A program made the translations under genes and the position numbers. The notes beneath the pieces are model-generated. The model was not told the DNA's origin, searched no databases, and saw nothing but the letters and a program-made list of their open reading frames with translations. Of a stretch of 64,000 nucleotides of DNA, positions 52,595-62,946 are shown in pieces. The stretch comes from Candidatus Latescibacterota bacterium (GTDB lineage: Bacteria > Latescibacterota > UBA2968 > UBA8231): the NCBI GenBank assembly GCA_965197905.1, contig CBDAOB010000004.1, positions 160,001 through 224,000 of the forward strand, given 5' to 3'. How positions within the stretch are numbered: position 1 is the first letter of the stretch; every line of letters begins with the position of its first letter.

Positions 52595-55500
52595 ATGGCG
52601 ACAATGGAACCGACCCGCCTATTTGCCGAGGTTTCCTCACAAGTAGACTTTCCGGAACTAGAACGAAACGTTCTGCAATTCTGGGCCGAGCACGGACTGT
52701 ACGAAAAGTCCGTTCAGAATCGCGCCGATGCCGAGCATTTCATCTTCAATGATGGTCCCCCGTTCGCCAGCGGTCTGCCTCACTACGGTCATCTCCTAGC
52801 ATCCATCATAAAGGACGTGGTACCGCGCTACTGGACCATGCGCGGCTTCCGGGTCGACAGGCGGTTCGGATGGGACTGCCACGGTCTGCCGGTCGAAAAC
52901 GACGCCGAGCAGCAGCTCGGTCTCAAATCGCGGCGCGATATCCTCGACTACGGCGTAGCGGAATTCAACGAGTTCTGTCGCGGACTGGTGCAGCGATACA
53001 CCCGCGAGTGGCAAGAGGTTATTCAACGAGTGGGTCGCTGGGTCGACTGGTCCAATCAGTATCGCACCATGGACCCGGAGTTCATGGAGTCTGTGTGGTG
53101 GGTCTTCAAATCGCTCTGGGATCAGGACCTGCTGTACGAGGGATACAAATCCCTGGCCTATTGTCCACGTTGCGCGACTCCGCTCTCAAATTTTGAAGTT
53201 AATCAGGGATATCAGGATACTCAGGACCCGTCCATCACGGTCCGGTTCAAGCTGCTGGATGCGCCCAATACATCCCTCCTGGCGTGGACCACGACCCCGT
53301 GGACGCTGCCGTCCAACACCGGATTGGCTATTGGCCGGGGCATACCCTACGTCAAGGTCACGCTTAAGGATCAGGAGCAGCTGGTCGTTGCCGAAGCCCT
53401 CCGCGGCCGGGTGTTTTCGAAGATCGAAGAGGAGGTGTCCGCCGTCGAGGAGCAGCCGGTAGACGAGCTCCTGGGCAGAAGTTATGAACCCCTGTTCGAT
53501 TATTTCTCCGATCGCCGCACCGAAGGCGCGTTCCGGGTTGTAGCTGCGGACTTCGTGTCGACCGAAGACGGCACCGGCATCGTTCACATCGCCCCCGGAT
53601 TCGGCGAAGACGACTACACCTTGGGACAAAAGGAGGGGTTGCCCGCCCTGTGCCCCATCGATGAGGACTGTCGATTCACGTCGGAGGTACCCGATTTCGA
53701 GGGTGAGTTTGTCAAGGATACGGACACGCCCATCATCCGGCGTTTGCGGGCGAGTGGTCAGCTGTTCGACGAAGGATCCATAAATCACAGCTACCCGTTT
53801 TGCTGGCGTTGCGATTCACCGCTGATCTACCGCGCGGTGACCACGTGGTTTGTACGGATGGATCCCATCAAAGAGAGACTCGTCAACGCCAACCGGCAGA
53901 TCTGGTGGATCCCAGAGCATATCAAGGACGGTCGCTTCGGGAAGTGGCTTGAAGGAGCGCGCGACTGGGCGATCAGCCGCAATCGGTACTGGGGCACGCC
54001 GCTGCCGATCTGGCGCAACGAAGAGTCGGGCGAGATCGTGTGCGTAGGCAGCCGCGCCGATCTGGAGCGCCATTGCGGGCAGACGGTCGACGACCTGCAC
54101 AAACACCACGTCGATCAAATCGAACTGCCCAGCTCCAATGGCGGAGGCTCGCTGCGGCGAGTGCCCGAGGTACTCGATTGCTGGTTCGAATCCGGATCCA
54201 TGCCCTACGGTCAGAGTCACTATCCGTTCGATAACAAGGAACAGTTCGACCGCAACTTTCCTGCCGATTTCATCTCGGAGGGTCTGGATCAGACGCGGGG
54301 TTGGTTCTATACACTCACCGTGCTGGCAGCGGCCCTGTTCGACAAGCCGGCCTTCAAGAATTGCATCGTCTACGGCATGCTGCTGGCCGAGGACGGCCGC
54401 AAGATGAGCAAGCGGCTCAAGAACTACCCGGAGCCGACGGTGATGATGGACACCTATGGGGCTGACGCCCTGCGCCTGTATCTGTTGAATTCGGCGGCCC
54501 TAAAAGCGGAAGAAATTCGGCTCACCGAATCCGGCATCAAGGAGAGCATGCGCTCGGTGATCATTCCCCTGTGGAACGCCTACAGCTTTTTCGTGACCTA
54601 CGCCAATATCGACCACTGGTCTCCGGCAAAAGGTCTGGGCGTGGGCCCCACTCATCTTCTCGACCGCTGGATATTGTCCGAGCTGCAGACCCTGGTACAC
54701 GACATCAACCAGGAGATGGAAGCTTACCGCCTGTACCGCACGGTTCCGTGCATGGTTCAGTTCGTAGAGAAACTCACCAACTGGTACATCAGACGCAGCC
54801 GCCGCCGCTTCTGGAAGTCGGAAGACGACATCGACAAGACCTCCGCTTACGCGACGCTGTACAGGGTGCTGATGGATCTGACCAAGTGTCTGGCCCCGGT
54901 TCTTCCCTTCGTCACCGAGACGATCTATCAGAACCTGGCTCCTACCCACGCGGATGATCAACCGGAGAGCGTGCATCTGTGCGACATGCCTCTCGCCGAC
55001 GAATCCCGTCGCGACGGCCGATTGGAGAGTCAAATGGAGCTCACCACGCGGGCGGTTGTGCTCGGTCGGGCGTTGCGCAACAAACACAACCTCAAAACGC
55101 GACAGCCACTGCGGCGGTTATATCTTCTGCCGCCAGACGAGAGCGGGAGGGAACAGCTGGCAGAGATGGCAACCCTCATAGCCGACGAACTGAACATCAA
55201 GGAGGTGGAGCTGGTCGACGACGCCGCAGTGTTCAGCGACGAGTCATATCGCCCGAATTTTCCGGCCTTGGGCCCCCGTTTCGGCAAGAAAATGAAAGAG
55301 GTAACCCAGCGCATCCAAGCACTTACCAACGAGGAGTTGACGACTCTGCGTTCGGGCGCGGCTCTGGATGTCGCCGGAGGGCAGGTGACGCTTGACGACA
55401 TCGACGTCCAGCGGCGGGGAAAGGACGACATGGTCGTCACCATAGACAACAACCTGGGTGTCGGATTGGACGTCCATCTCGACGGGGATCTCGTCTTCGA

Positions 55501-55756
55501 ATGCACCGCGCGCGAGTTCGTCAACCGGGTGCAAAACATGCGCAAGGATGCCGGGCTTCAAGTTTCGGACCGGGTCAAGGTGGGGGTTCGTGGGGACGAT
55601 GAATTGGAGGAAGCCGTTGATCGGCACCGTGAATACGTGGCGGAAGAAACCCTGTCGCTCGAGGTGTTGATCGGCAGCATGTTTCCCAACGCTCTCAACC
55701 AACAAGATTTCGAGATCAACGGTCACAAGGGATCCATTTCTATCATCCGCGCCTGA
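52595..55756 (+). CDS. ileS: isoleucine--tRNA ligase (type 2)
   Basis: DGPPFASGLPHYGH, GWDCHGLP, WTTTPWTL, KMSKR; no C-terminal Zn finger. Confidence 0.97.
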   Translation: MATMEPTRLFAEVSSQVDFPELERNVLQFWAEHGLYEKSVQNRADAEHFIFNDGPPFASGLPHYGHLLASIIKDVVPRYWTMRGFRVDRRFGWDCHGLPVENDAEQQLGLKSRRDILDYGVAEFNEFCRGLVQRYTREWQEVIQRVGRWVDWSNQYRTMDPEFMESVWWVFKSLWDQDLLYEGYKSLAYCPRCATPLSNFEVNQGYQDTQDPSITVRFKLLDAPNTSLLAWTTTPWTLPSNTGLAIGRGIPYVKVTLKDQEQLVVAEALRGRVFSKIEEEVSAVEEQPVDELLGRSYEPLFDYFSDRRTEGAFRVVAADFVSTEDGTGIVHIAPGFGEDDYTLGQKEGLPALCPIDEDCRFTSEVPDFEGEFVKDTDTPIIRRLRASGQLFDEGSINHSYPFCWRCDSPLIYRAVTTWFVRMDPIKERLVNANRQIWWIPEHIKDGRFGKWLEGARDWAISRNRYWGTPLPIWRNEESGEIVCVGSRADLERHCGQTVDDLHKHHVDQIELPSSNGGGSLRRVPEVLDCWFESGSMPYGQSHYPFDNKEQFDRNFPADFISEGLDQTRGWFYTLTVLAAALFDKPAFKNCIVYGMLLAEDGRKMSKRLKNYPEPTVMMDTYGADALRLYLLNSAALKAEEIRLTESGIKESMRSVIIPLWNAYSFFVTYANIDHWSPAKGLGVGPTHLLDRWILSELQTLVHDINQEMEAYRLYRTVPCMVQFVEKLTNWYIRRSRRRFWKSEDDIDKTSAYATLYRVLMDLTKCLAPVLPFVTETIYQNLAPTHADDQPESVHLCDMPLADESRRDGRLESQMELTTRAVVLGRALRNKHNLKTRQPLRRLYLLPPDESGREQLAEMATLIADELNIKEVELVDDAAVFSDESYRPNFPALGPRFGKKMKEVTQRIQALTNEELTTLRSGAALDVAGGQVTLDDIDVQRRGKDDMVVTIDNNLGVGLDVHLDGDLVFECTAREFVNRVQNMRKDAGLQVSDRVKVGVRGDDELEEAVDRHREYVAEETLSLEVLIGSMFPNALNQQDFEINGHKGSISIIRA

Positions 55757-55865
55757 CCACAGTACGGAGTCGCACTAGGTAGACTTCGCTTCCCGGAGGT
55801 GGTACCTTCCTATGGTTGATCGCGCCTAGGCAGAATATCAAAGCGGAGAAGTTGGAGGTACAGAA

Positions 55866-56249
55866 ATGCCGTTGTCCAAAAGAGATTTGAAACACTTCAA
55901 AACCCTGCTGCTCCAGCGCCGCGAGGAGACAACCGCGGAGGCCAGAACGCTGGAGGACGCCTCGCGAGACAAAGAAATCCAGGGCACTTCGGGAGATCGG
56001 TCCACCTATTCCATGCACATGGCCGATCACGGGACCGATGCCATGGAGCGGGAAAAGTCAATGCTGTTAGCTCAGAGAGAAGTGGACTACGTTGACGACA
56101 TCGATGAAGCGCTGCAGCGGATCGAGGACGGAAACTACGGCATCTGCCGAGTTACGGGAAAGGACATACCCAAGGCCAGACTCGAAGCGGTGCCCACTAC
56201 GAGCGTCAGCGTGGAGGGAAAGATGAAGGAAAAAGAGCAAGCAGAGTGA
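55866..56249 (+). CDS. TraR/DksA-family regulator, single-cysteine variant
   Basis: Coiled coil, HMADHGTD, ALQRIEDGNYGIC...RLEAVP. Confidence 0.88.
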   Translation: MPLSKRDLKHFKTLLLQRREETTAEARTLEDASRDKEIQGTSGDRSTYSMHMADHGTDAMEREKSMLLAQREVDYVDDIDEALQRIEDGNYGICRVTGKDIPKARLEAVPTTSVSVEGKMKEKEQAE

Positions 56250-56743
56250 AGTTTCTTGGGTTGGCGTCGGTCGTAATTGTTGCCGATCAGGTCACCAAGT
56301 GGATTGTTCAGACATCGATGGCGTTGCAGGATTCGACGCCGGTGCTGGGCGATTTCTTCCGTCTGACCTACATACACAACCCGGGCGCTGCTTTCGGACT
56401 GAAGATAGGCACCCCGTTCGTCCACACCGCGATCTCCATCGTGGCGCTGTTCGCCTTGGTCTGGCTTTTCAGATCAGTCCCCAGCGACAATCGAATAATG
56501 CGACCCGCTCTGAGCATGGTGCTTGGCGGTGCGTTGGGTAATATCATTGATCGGGTCCGGCTGGGGATGGTGGTCGATTTCTTCGACGTGGGCATTGGCG
56601 CCATGCGATGGCCGGTGTTCAACGTCGCGGACTCGTGCGTGACCATCGGTATTCTGCTGATAGCCTTAAGCTATCTCCAACAGAGACCCCATAAGGAAGT
56701 TGCCCCTTCCGATTCGGACCCCGAACCGGAACCCACCGGTTGA
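56246..56743 (+). CDS. lspA: lipoprotein signal peptidase
   Basis: DQVTK, NPGAAFG, GGALGNIIDR, VVDF, FNVAD. Confidence 0.96.
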   Translation: MKFLGLASVVIVADQVTKWIVQTSMALQDSTPVLGDFFRLTYIHNPGAAFGLKIGTPFVHTAISIVALFALVWLFRSVPSDNRIMRPALSMVLGGALGNIIDRVRLGMVVDFFDVGIGAMRWPVFNVADSCVTIGILLIALSYLQQRPHKEVAPSDSDPEPEPTG

Positions 56744-56759
56744 CCTCGCGACCTCCGCA

Positions 56760-57710
56760 ATGGAGATCCGCGTCCCACCCGAAGCAGAATCCCAACGACT
56801 CGATCTGTTTTTGAGCAGCACCTGTCCCAATCTATCCAGAAGCCGCATTCAACAGCTGATCAAAACCGGCGCGGTAACGGTGAACGGAGGTGAGCGGAGG
56901 GTAAGCTACTCCGTGTGCGCAGAGGATCTGGTCTTAGTCGATGTTCCCGCGCCTGAGCGTTCGGTGTTGGCGGCGGAAGACATACCTTTGGCCATCATCT
57001 ACGAAGACGAGGATCTCCTGGTACTCGACAAGCCGGCAGGCATGGTCGTCCACCCGGCTCCCGGGGTGAATTCAGGCACCTTGGTCAACGCACTCCTGCA
57101 TCATTGTGGTGATCTATCGGGTATTGGCGGCATCCTGCGACCGGGAATCGTACATCGGCTGGACAAGGATACCACGGGGCTGTTGGTGGTGGCCAAGTCC
57201 GCCCGTGCGCATCGAGGTCTCGCCGCGCAGCTAGAAGCCCGATCGATGCGGCGCACCTACATCGCTTTGGTCTGGGGTATCGTCGATGCAGAGGAAGACC
57301 GCATCGAGGCGCCGATCGGAAGACATCCGCGGGATCGCAAACGACTGGCGGTGGTACGGAGCGGGCGCGCTGCGGCAACCCGAGTGCGCAAGCTCCGGCA
57401 CTTCGAGTTCACCTCCATGCTGGAGGTGAGGTTGGAGACAGGTCGCACTCACCAGATTCGCGTGCATCTTCAACATTACGGGTTCCCCGTTTTCGGGGAT
57501 CCAGTGTACGGAGGCCGCAATCGGACCAGTGGCATCAAAGCCGATTTGCATCGCCGCGCCGATTTACTGCTGAAGCTCATAGACCGGCAAGCGCTTCACG
57601 CGGCCGGTTTGCAGTTCGAGCATCCAGTTTCGGGAGAGCAATTTCAGTTTTCGGCCCCTCTGCCCGACGACTTCGACCGCCTCGTGAAAGCGGCAAGCGC
57701 CACCCCCTAA
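56760..57710 (+). CDS. rluD: RluA/RluD-family pseudouridine synthase
   Basis: S4-like N-terminus, KPAGMVVHP, HRLDKDTTG, TGRTHQIR, QALHA. Confidence 0.9.
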   Translation: MEIRVPPEAESQRLDLFLSSTCPNLSRSRIQQLIKTGAVTVNGGERRVSYSVCAEDLVLVDVPAPERSVLAAEDIPLAIIYEDEDLLVLDKPAGMVVHPAPGVNSGTLVNALLHHCGDLSGIGGILRPGIVHRLDKDTTGLLVVAKSARAHRGLAAQLEARSMRRTYIALVWGIVDAEEDRIEAPIGRHPRDRKRLAVVRSGRAAATRVRKLRHFEFTSMLEVRLETGRTHQIRVHLQHYGFPVFGDPVYGGRNRTSGIKADLHRRADLLLKLIDRQALHAAGLQFEHPVSGEQFQFSAPLPDDFDRLVKAASATP

Positions 57711-57818
57711 TCGGACCGGGCAGCGACCATCGATCCAGGCCAACCTGGAGCCACTTGCGCCCACCGTGATTATGGCAATACTAGTGCTACGCCCTGAAGA
57801 CGGAAAGGAGCCGATGAC

Positions 57819-58136
57819 ATGATTTCTATCGGATTGAGCATGAGGGTGCGACCGGGTTGTTACGCCGAGTACAAGGAGGCTCACGACAATCTTTGGTCCG
57901 ACCTGGCCGAGAGTATGACGGACAACAACGTCAGCATGGCGATTTACCGTTTTGAAGACCAACTGTTTCTTCACGCGGTAGCCCCAACCAGGGACGACTG
58001 GGATAAGAGCAGGAAGGTGGAGGTGCTCGATCGGTGGAGCGAGTACATGTCCAAGCTTTTAGAGACCGACGCCGACGGTGATATCATCTTCCACGAGTTG
58101 CCGGAGGCGTTCGCCTTCGGCTCGTTCAAGGAGTGA
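57819..58136 (+). CDS. L-rhamnose mutarotase-family protein
   Basis: EYKEAHDNLW motif, RWSEYM, 105 aa. Confidence 0.8.
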   Translation: MISIGLSMRVRPGCYAEYKEAHDNLWSDLAESMTDNNVSMAIYRFEDQLFLHAVAPTRDDWDKSRKVEVLDRWSEYMSKLLETDADGDIIFHELPEAFAFGSFKE

Positions 58137-58148
58137 GGGAAGAACAAT

Positions 58149-59792
58149 ATGAGCACACCACAAAGCGCATTGAATCCAATGGGGTTCCCACCCCAGATCG
58201 AGCCTCTGGCTATGGCGCCGCGACTGGAGAGCATAGCTGGCAAGACGGTGTACCTGGTCGACTGTCGCTTTGACGACGGCGACATTCTGATCGGCCAGAT
58301 GCAGGAATGGTTCTCCGAAAACATGCCGGACGTGCATACCGAGGTGCGCCGGAAGTCAGGGGTGTACACCAAACGGGATCCCGATCTTTACGACGAAATC
58401 AGGGAAAGGGGAGACGCGGCCATAGTCGGCGTCGGCCACTGAAGCACCTGCGCGCCGGCGGTCGCCGACCAATGCCAGATACTCGAAGCGGAGTACGGGG
58501 TGCCAACAGCATCCGTGCAGACGGACATATTCGAACCCGTAGTCCGGGCTTCCTCGCGTCAACGGGGAATGCCCCATCAGCGATTCGTTTTCGTGCCGCA
58601 ACCGGTGATGGGAAAGTCGCCAGAAGAGTTGCGGGCATACGTGGATGGACCGGATGCGATTACCGGGCGTCCGTTCATGGAAGAGGTTGTTACCTCGCTC
58701 ACCGCCCCGCTCACCGATCGGGACACCGGGCACGGGCACTACGATCGCTCCACTCCCCGAACCGTTGAGGCCGGCAGCGAGCAAGAGCTTCACGATCTCT
58801 TTCTCGCCAACAACTGGACCGACCAGCTGCCCGTCGTACTGCCCACGGTGGAACGGGTGGAAGCCATGCTTGCGGGTAGCAGCCGACCGGCCGATGAGGT
58901 GGTTGGGCACATGCAGCCAACTTCGACGCGGGAGGCCTGGGAGTTCACCGTCGAGAAGGTGGCGGTCAATGCGGTAATGGCGGGGGCAAAACCCGAGTAC
59001 TTCCCGGTCATACTCGCGCTGGCCGCCAGTGAATCCACCGCCCGCGGCAGCACGACCAGCTCATCGGCGAACATGGTCATGGTGAACGGCCCGATCCGCG
59101 AAGAAATCGCCATGAACAGCGGTATCGGCGCCATGGGACCGTACAATCATGCCAATGCCACCATCGGCAGGGCGTATGGCCTGCTCTCCCAGAACCTGCA
59201 GGGCGGATCGGTTCCGCAACTGACCTACCTAGGGTCTCAGGGAAACGGATACGGCTATGGAAATCCAACATTCGCCGAAAATGAGGAGCGCAGCCCCTGG
59301 GTCCCTTTTCACGTTGAAAAAGGGTTCGACAAGAATCAAAGCGTCGTCAGCATTATAGCCGATGTTAAGACGACCTCCTTCTTGCTGGGACTGCGGGAGA
59401 AACACTGGCGTGAGCACGTCACTCACATGCTTCGCGGGATGAACCCCTTCAATCCGCCCACCCTCGTACTTGATCCGATTACGGCACGCCAGTTTGTCGA
59501 CCGAGGTGGGTTCGACACGAAAGAGAAGCTGGCGGAGTGGATCTATGAAGCGGCAACGATCAAAGCGGGAGAATACTGGGACTACCAGCTCATACAGAAC
59601 TACGTCTACCCGCGAGCCCTGAATGGCCAAGAGCCCTACGCTTCGTTGCTTGAGGCCGATCCCGAGGAGCAGATCCCCATGTTCCGACGGGAGACAATAA
59701 ACGTCGTGGTGGTCGGCGGTGAGACCAACGGATACTGGCGCATAATGGGCTGCAAACATGCGAAGAGTGTGTGTATCGATGACTGGCGGTAG
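58149..59792 (+). CDS. probable selenoprotein of the UGSC family (UxxC redox motif) fused to a large C-terminal domain, 547 aa
   Basis: ORFs 58149..58442 and 58500..59792 are in the same frame and separated by one TGA (58440-58442), reading GVGH-U-STC. A small hairpin follows. Confidence 0.85.
58443..58475 (+). promoter_or_regulatory. candidate bacterial SECIS element
   Basis: CGGC-GGTC-GCCG hairpin whose G-initiated loop starts 17 nt after the UGA. Confidence 0.5.
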
Positions 59793-59794
59793 AG

Positions 59795-61129
59795 ATGAAT
59801 AGAGCGTCGAAGGCAGACGATGCTAGCTCTTCCAAATTGACGATGATTGTCGGTGTCGTAGCCGTATTGGCAGCGATCGCCGCAGCAACGTCTTTCGGAT
59901 TCGAGCTGTGGTCGCAAAAGCAGGCCGACCGGCACCTGGCAAAAGGCGCAGAGCAGCTGCAACTTGGTCGGCCTGGTCAGGCTGCGATCGAATTCAACCG
60001 CGCCATGGAGCTGGACCCTCTACGCGTCGACGCCATGCACCAGCTGGGGCGACTGTATGTAGGACAGGGTCGCCTGGAAGAGGCGGATTCACTGCTACAG
60101 CGCGCTTTAGAGATCGCGCCGGAAAACACGGAGCTTCATCTGGATCTAGGGGATATCTATCTCAGAATGAAGGATATGGACCGCGCCCTCGACATTATTC
60201 AACGGGCGCTCGAGATAGATCCCGAACTGGCCTTGGCACACCACAACATGGGGTATCTGCGCATTATCCGCAGCGAGGTTCCAGAGGCGGAGGAGTCGTT
60301 TCGCAAGGCGGTTGAGCTCGGCGCCGACTTCCCCATGGCGCATTTCAATCTCGGGAAGGCCTTAGCGCTTCAGGACGACCATGCGGCGGCGTTGGTCTCC
60401 TTTCAGCGAGCTGTCGAGAAGGACTCTACCGTGTCGGTGGCTTACCTCGCCATGGGCCAGTCGCTGGTTTCTCTCGGGGAACCAGGCCGTGCGTTGAAGG
60501 CGTATCACACTGCAATGAAGCTGCAAGGAAAAAACCCGAGGCTGCTGACGATGATCGGCGATCTCCACGCCAGCGGCGAAAAGTATGAGGAGGCCATCGA
60601 GTTCTACAGGTCGGCGATCGCGCTACAACCCACCTATCCGTGGCCTCATTCCGGTTTGGGCAGGGTCTACGTCAAGACCGGAAAAACGGAGGAAGGCCAT
60701 CGGGAGCTCCGCCGTTTCGAGCACCTTCAGAACGTCGACCGGAAGCTAAGCGCCGCAAACCGCAGAATCGACGAAAATCCGCAGGATCCAGGAACGCACC
60801 TCGCTTTAGCGCGACTGTACGTCAACGAAAGCCGAATGCAGGATGCCGTGCGCGCCTTGCAGCGGCTGGCGCAACTGAATCCGGGAATCCAGGAGACCTA
60901 CTATCTGCTCGGAATTGCCTACGAGGGATTGAACGACTATACGTCCGCGGAACTGGCATTGCGGAAGAGCATCGAGCTAAACCGCGGGCATGTTCCATCC
61001 TACATCGCAATTGCCGGAGTATATAAGAATCTGGGACAGCATGAGGCAGCGCTGGCTGCGTTCGAAGCAGCCGCCAAAGTGAACCCCGGAAATACGGGTT
61101 CTGCTCGCGGCAAGATGTTCACGAAATAA
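59795..61129 (+). CDS. tetratricopeptide repeat protein with N-terminal TM anchor
   Basis: Repeated 34-aa A..LG..Y...G...EA...ALEIDP units. Confidence 0.9.
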   Translation: MNRASKADDASSSKLTMIVGVVAVLAAIAAATSFGFELWSQKQADRHLAKGAEQLQLGRPGQAAIEFNRAMELDPLRVDAMHQLGRLYVGQGRLEEADSLLQRALEIAPENTELHLDLGDIYLRMKDMDRALDIIQRALEIDPELALAHHNMGYLRIIRSEVPEAEESFRKAVELGADFPMAHFNLGKALALQDDHAAALVSFQRAVEKDSTVSVAYLAMGQSLVSLGEPGRALKAYHTAMKLQGKNPRLLTMIGDLHASGEKYEEAIEFYRSAIALQPTYPWPHSGLGRVYVKTGKTEEGHRELRRFEHLQNVDRKLSAANRRIDENPQDPGTHLALARLYVNESRMQDAVRALQRLAQLNPGIQETYYLLGIAYEGLNDYTSAELALRKSIELNRGHVPSYIAIAGVYKNLGQHEAALAAFEAAAKVNPGNTGSARGKMFTK

Positions 61130-61134
61130 CAGGC

Positions 61135-62031
61135 CTATTCGAGCTCGTAGAACCGCAAGGCATTTCCATGCCAGAGCTTCTGATTTTCCGCTGTCGAACG
61201 TAGTGCAACGATCTGCCGCAACGCTTCGACCCATTCGCGGAAAGAAGCAACCATCGTGCAGACCGGCCAATCTCCTCCGAAAATCACGCGTTCGGGTCCG
61301 AAGCTCCCGAGGCAATGATTGACGATGGGGGCGAGATCGTCCGCCGACCATTGCGGCCGCGCGCGGGCGACAATCCCCGATATCTTGCACATCATGTTCG
61401 CTCTCTCTCCCAGTGCTCCCATGTCCCGCATCCATTGATCGCGGTTGTGTCCCGCCTCTCCGGTATCCCCGGGTTGGGAGCCGTTGATCACATTCGGATC
61501 GGCGTTGCCGCAGTGATCAACCACGAATCGGGTGCCGGGGCATGAATCCGCCAGAGTTACCGCATCCGCAAGCTCGCCGGCCCGCATACACAGGTCGAAA
61601 CGCAATCCGATCTCACCCAGATAGCGAATGTTGGCCAGGAATGTTTCTTCTAGACAGAGCCCTCGAGGCGCAGAAACGGGATGCAAGACCTGGCGGATCC
61701 CTTTGATGTATTCCGAGGTCTTGAAGGTATCGACGTAGGCGCGAAAACCATCCTCGATGGGCCTGCCGGACAGTACGGCGGCGCAGGTTGGGTTGTCATC
61801 TCGTTGGCATAAATCTATGATGAATTCGGCTTCAGCCTCCCGTTGCTCATCCGGCACGTCCACTTCCATATAGATAGCCCTGTCAAGTCCCAGTTCCGAC
61901 GTGGCGTCCAGATAGTCGGCCGTGGAGTAGGTCCGGTCCAAGGGTGCTGCTCCTGCTGTCCAGGGCAGATCGAACTTCTCGAGGTCCCAAAGATGCTGGT
62001 GCGTATCAATGATCGTTTCCATGGGCGTCAT
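61135..62031 (-). CDS. amidohydrolase-family protein (sugar lactonase-like)
   Basis: IDTHQHLW, VVDHCG, CKISG, FGGDWPVC. Confidence 0.9.
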   Translation of the reverse strand: MTPMETIIDTHQHLWDLEKFDLPWTAGAAPLDRTYSTADYLDATSELGLDRAIYMEVDVPDEQREAEAEFIIDLCQRDDNPTCAAVLSGRPIEDGFRAYVDTFKTSEYIKGIRQVLHPVSAPRGLCLEETFLANIRYLGEIGLRFDLCMRAGELADAVTLADSCPGTRFVVDHCGNADPNVINGSQPGDTGEAGHNRDQWMRDMGALGERANMMCKISGIVARARPQWSADDLAPIVNHCLGSFGPERVIFGGDWPVCTMVASFREWVEALRQIVALRSTAENQKLWHGNALRFYELE

Positions 62032-62856
62032 TCTCCGAAGATTGCAACAGCTCGACCAACTCCCCGAGGATGACGTTCGACGCCACTACGAGGTCGGAAC
62101 CGTCGATGTCGTCGGGTAGGTCCGAGGTGGAAGGTCGCCACCGGCCGCGCTTTGCTCCGGCTTCGGTCGCGATCAGTGACGCGGCTGCTTGATCCCAGGG
62201 TTTGACGTTTTCGTAATAACCGTCGAGGCGTCCCATGGCGACCCAACATAGATCGAGGGCGGCCGAACCCGTCCTGCGCACGTCGCGACAATGCTCGAGA
62301 ACCTTGTGGAGTTGGGCGACCAGAGGGGCGACAACACTCTTATCGTACGGGAACCCGGTCGCAATGAGCAAATTGCGCAGATCAGCCGGGGAGGAGGCTG
62401 CGATGTTGGCGCCGTTCAACAACGCTCCTTTCCCTTTCGCGAAGATTGCAACGCGCGCTAAAGGTCTCGCCCAAGAACGGACAGTGAACCACCCCTGCTC
62501 GAACGGAACCCTCTTCGGCGTAGGCAATCGAGATGGCGACCTGATAATGATGGTATGCGTAATTTACCGTGCCATCGATGGGATCGATAATCCACAGCGG
62601 CTGCCGCAACATCCGCGGATCTTTGATAAGTGGCGCCGACTCTTCCGACAGGATCTGATGGCTTGGGAATCGCCTGGCTATTCGCGAGCAGATAAGCCGA
62701 TCCGCTTCCAGGTCGGCCGGGGTCACCATTTCGATGCTCTCTTTGTACTCTATCGTGATTCCGTTCGAGGAACGATGATCGAAAACCAACTGGCCCGCCT
62801 GCTGCGCCAAGTCAAGTGGCGAAATCGAGAGCCTCCATTGGGTCGATACGGGTCAT
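62006..62856 (-). pseudogene. inositol monophosphatase-family protein with two frameshifts
   Basis: WIIDPIDGT, GSAALDLC, KPWDQAA. An extra T near 62813 (MTRIDPMEALDFAT/DLAQQAG) and an apparent 13-bp insertion near 62440-62453. Confidence 0.85.
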
Positions 62857-62946
62857 GGGCACTCGGTCGGGGTGGGCGGTTGGTGGTGATGACACCGGCC
62901 GGGGCGCCCCCAACAGTGAGGGAAGGCTGCCCCGCCGCATTTTGTG

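Noticed and set aside
52560..52600. T-box leader before ileS
   Set aside because: ileS starts 6 bp after yggT, leaving no leader.
57773..57790. Second sigma54-like site TGGCAA-N5-GTGCT before the mutarotase gene
   Set aside because: Mismatches in both boxes; too weak to call.
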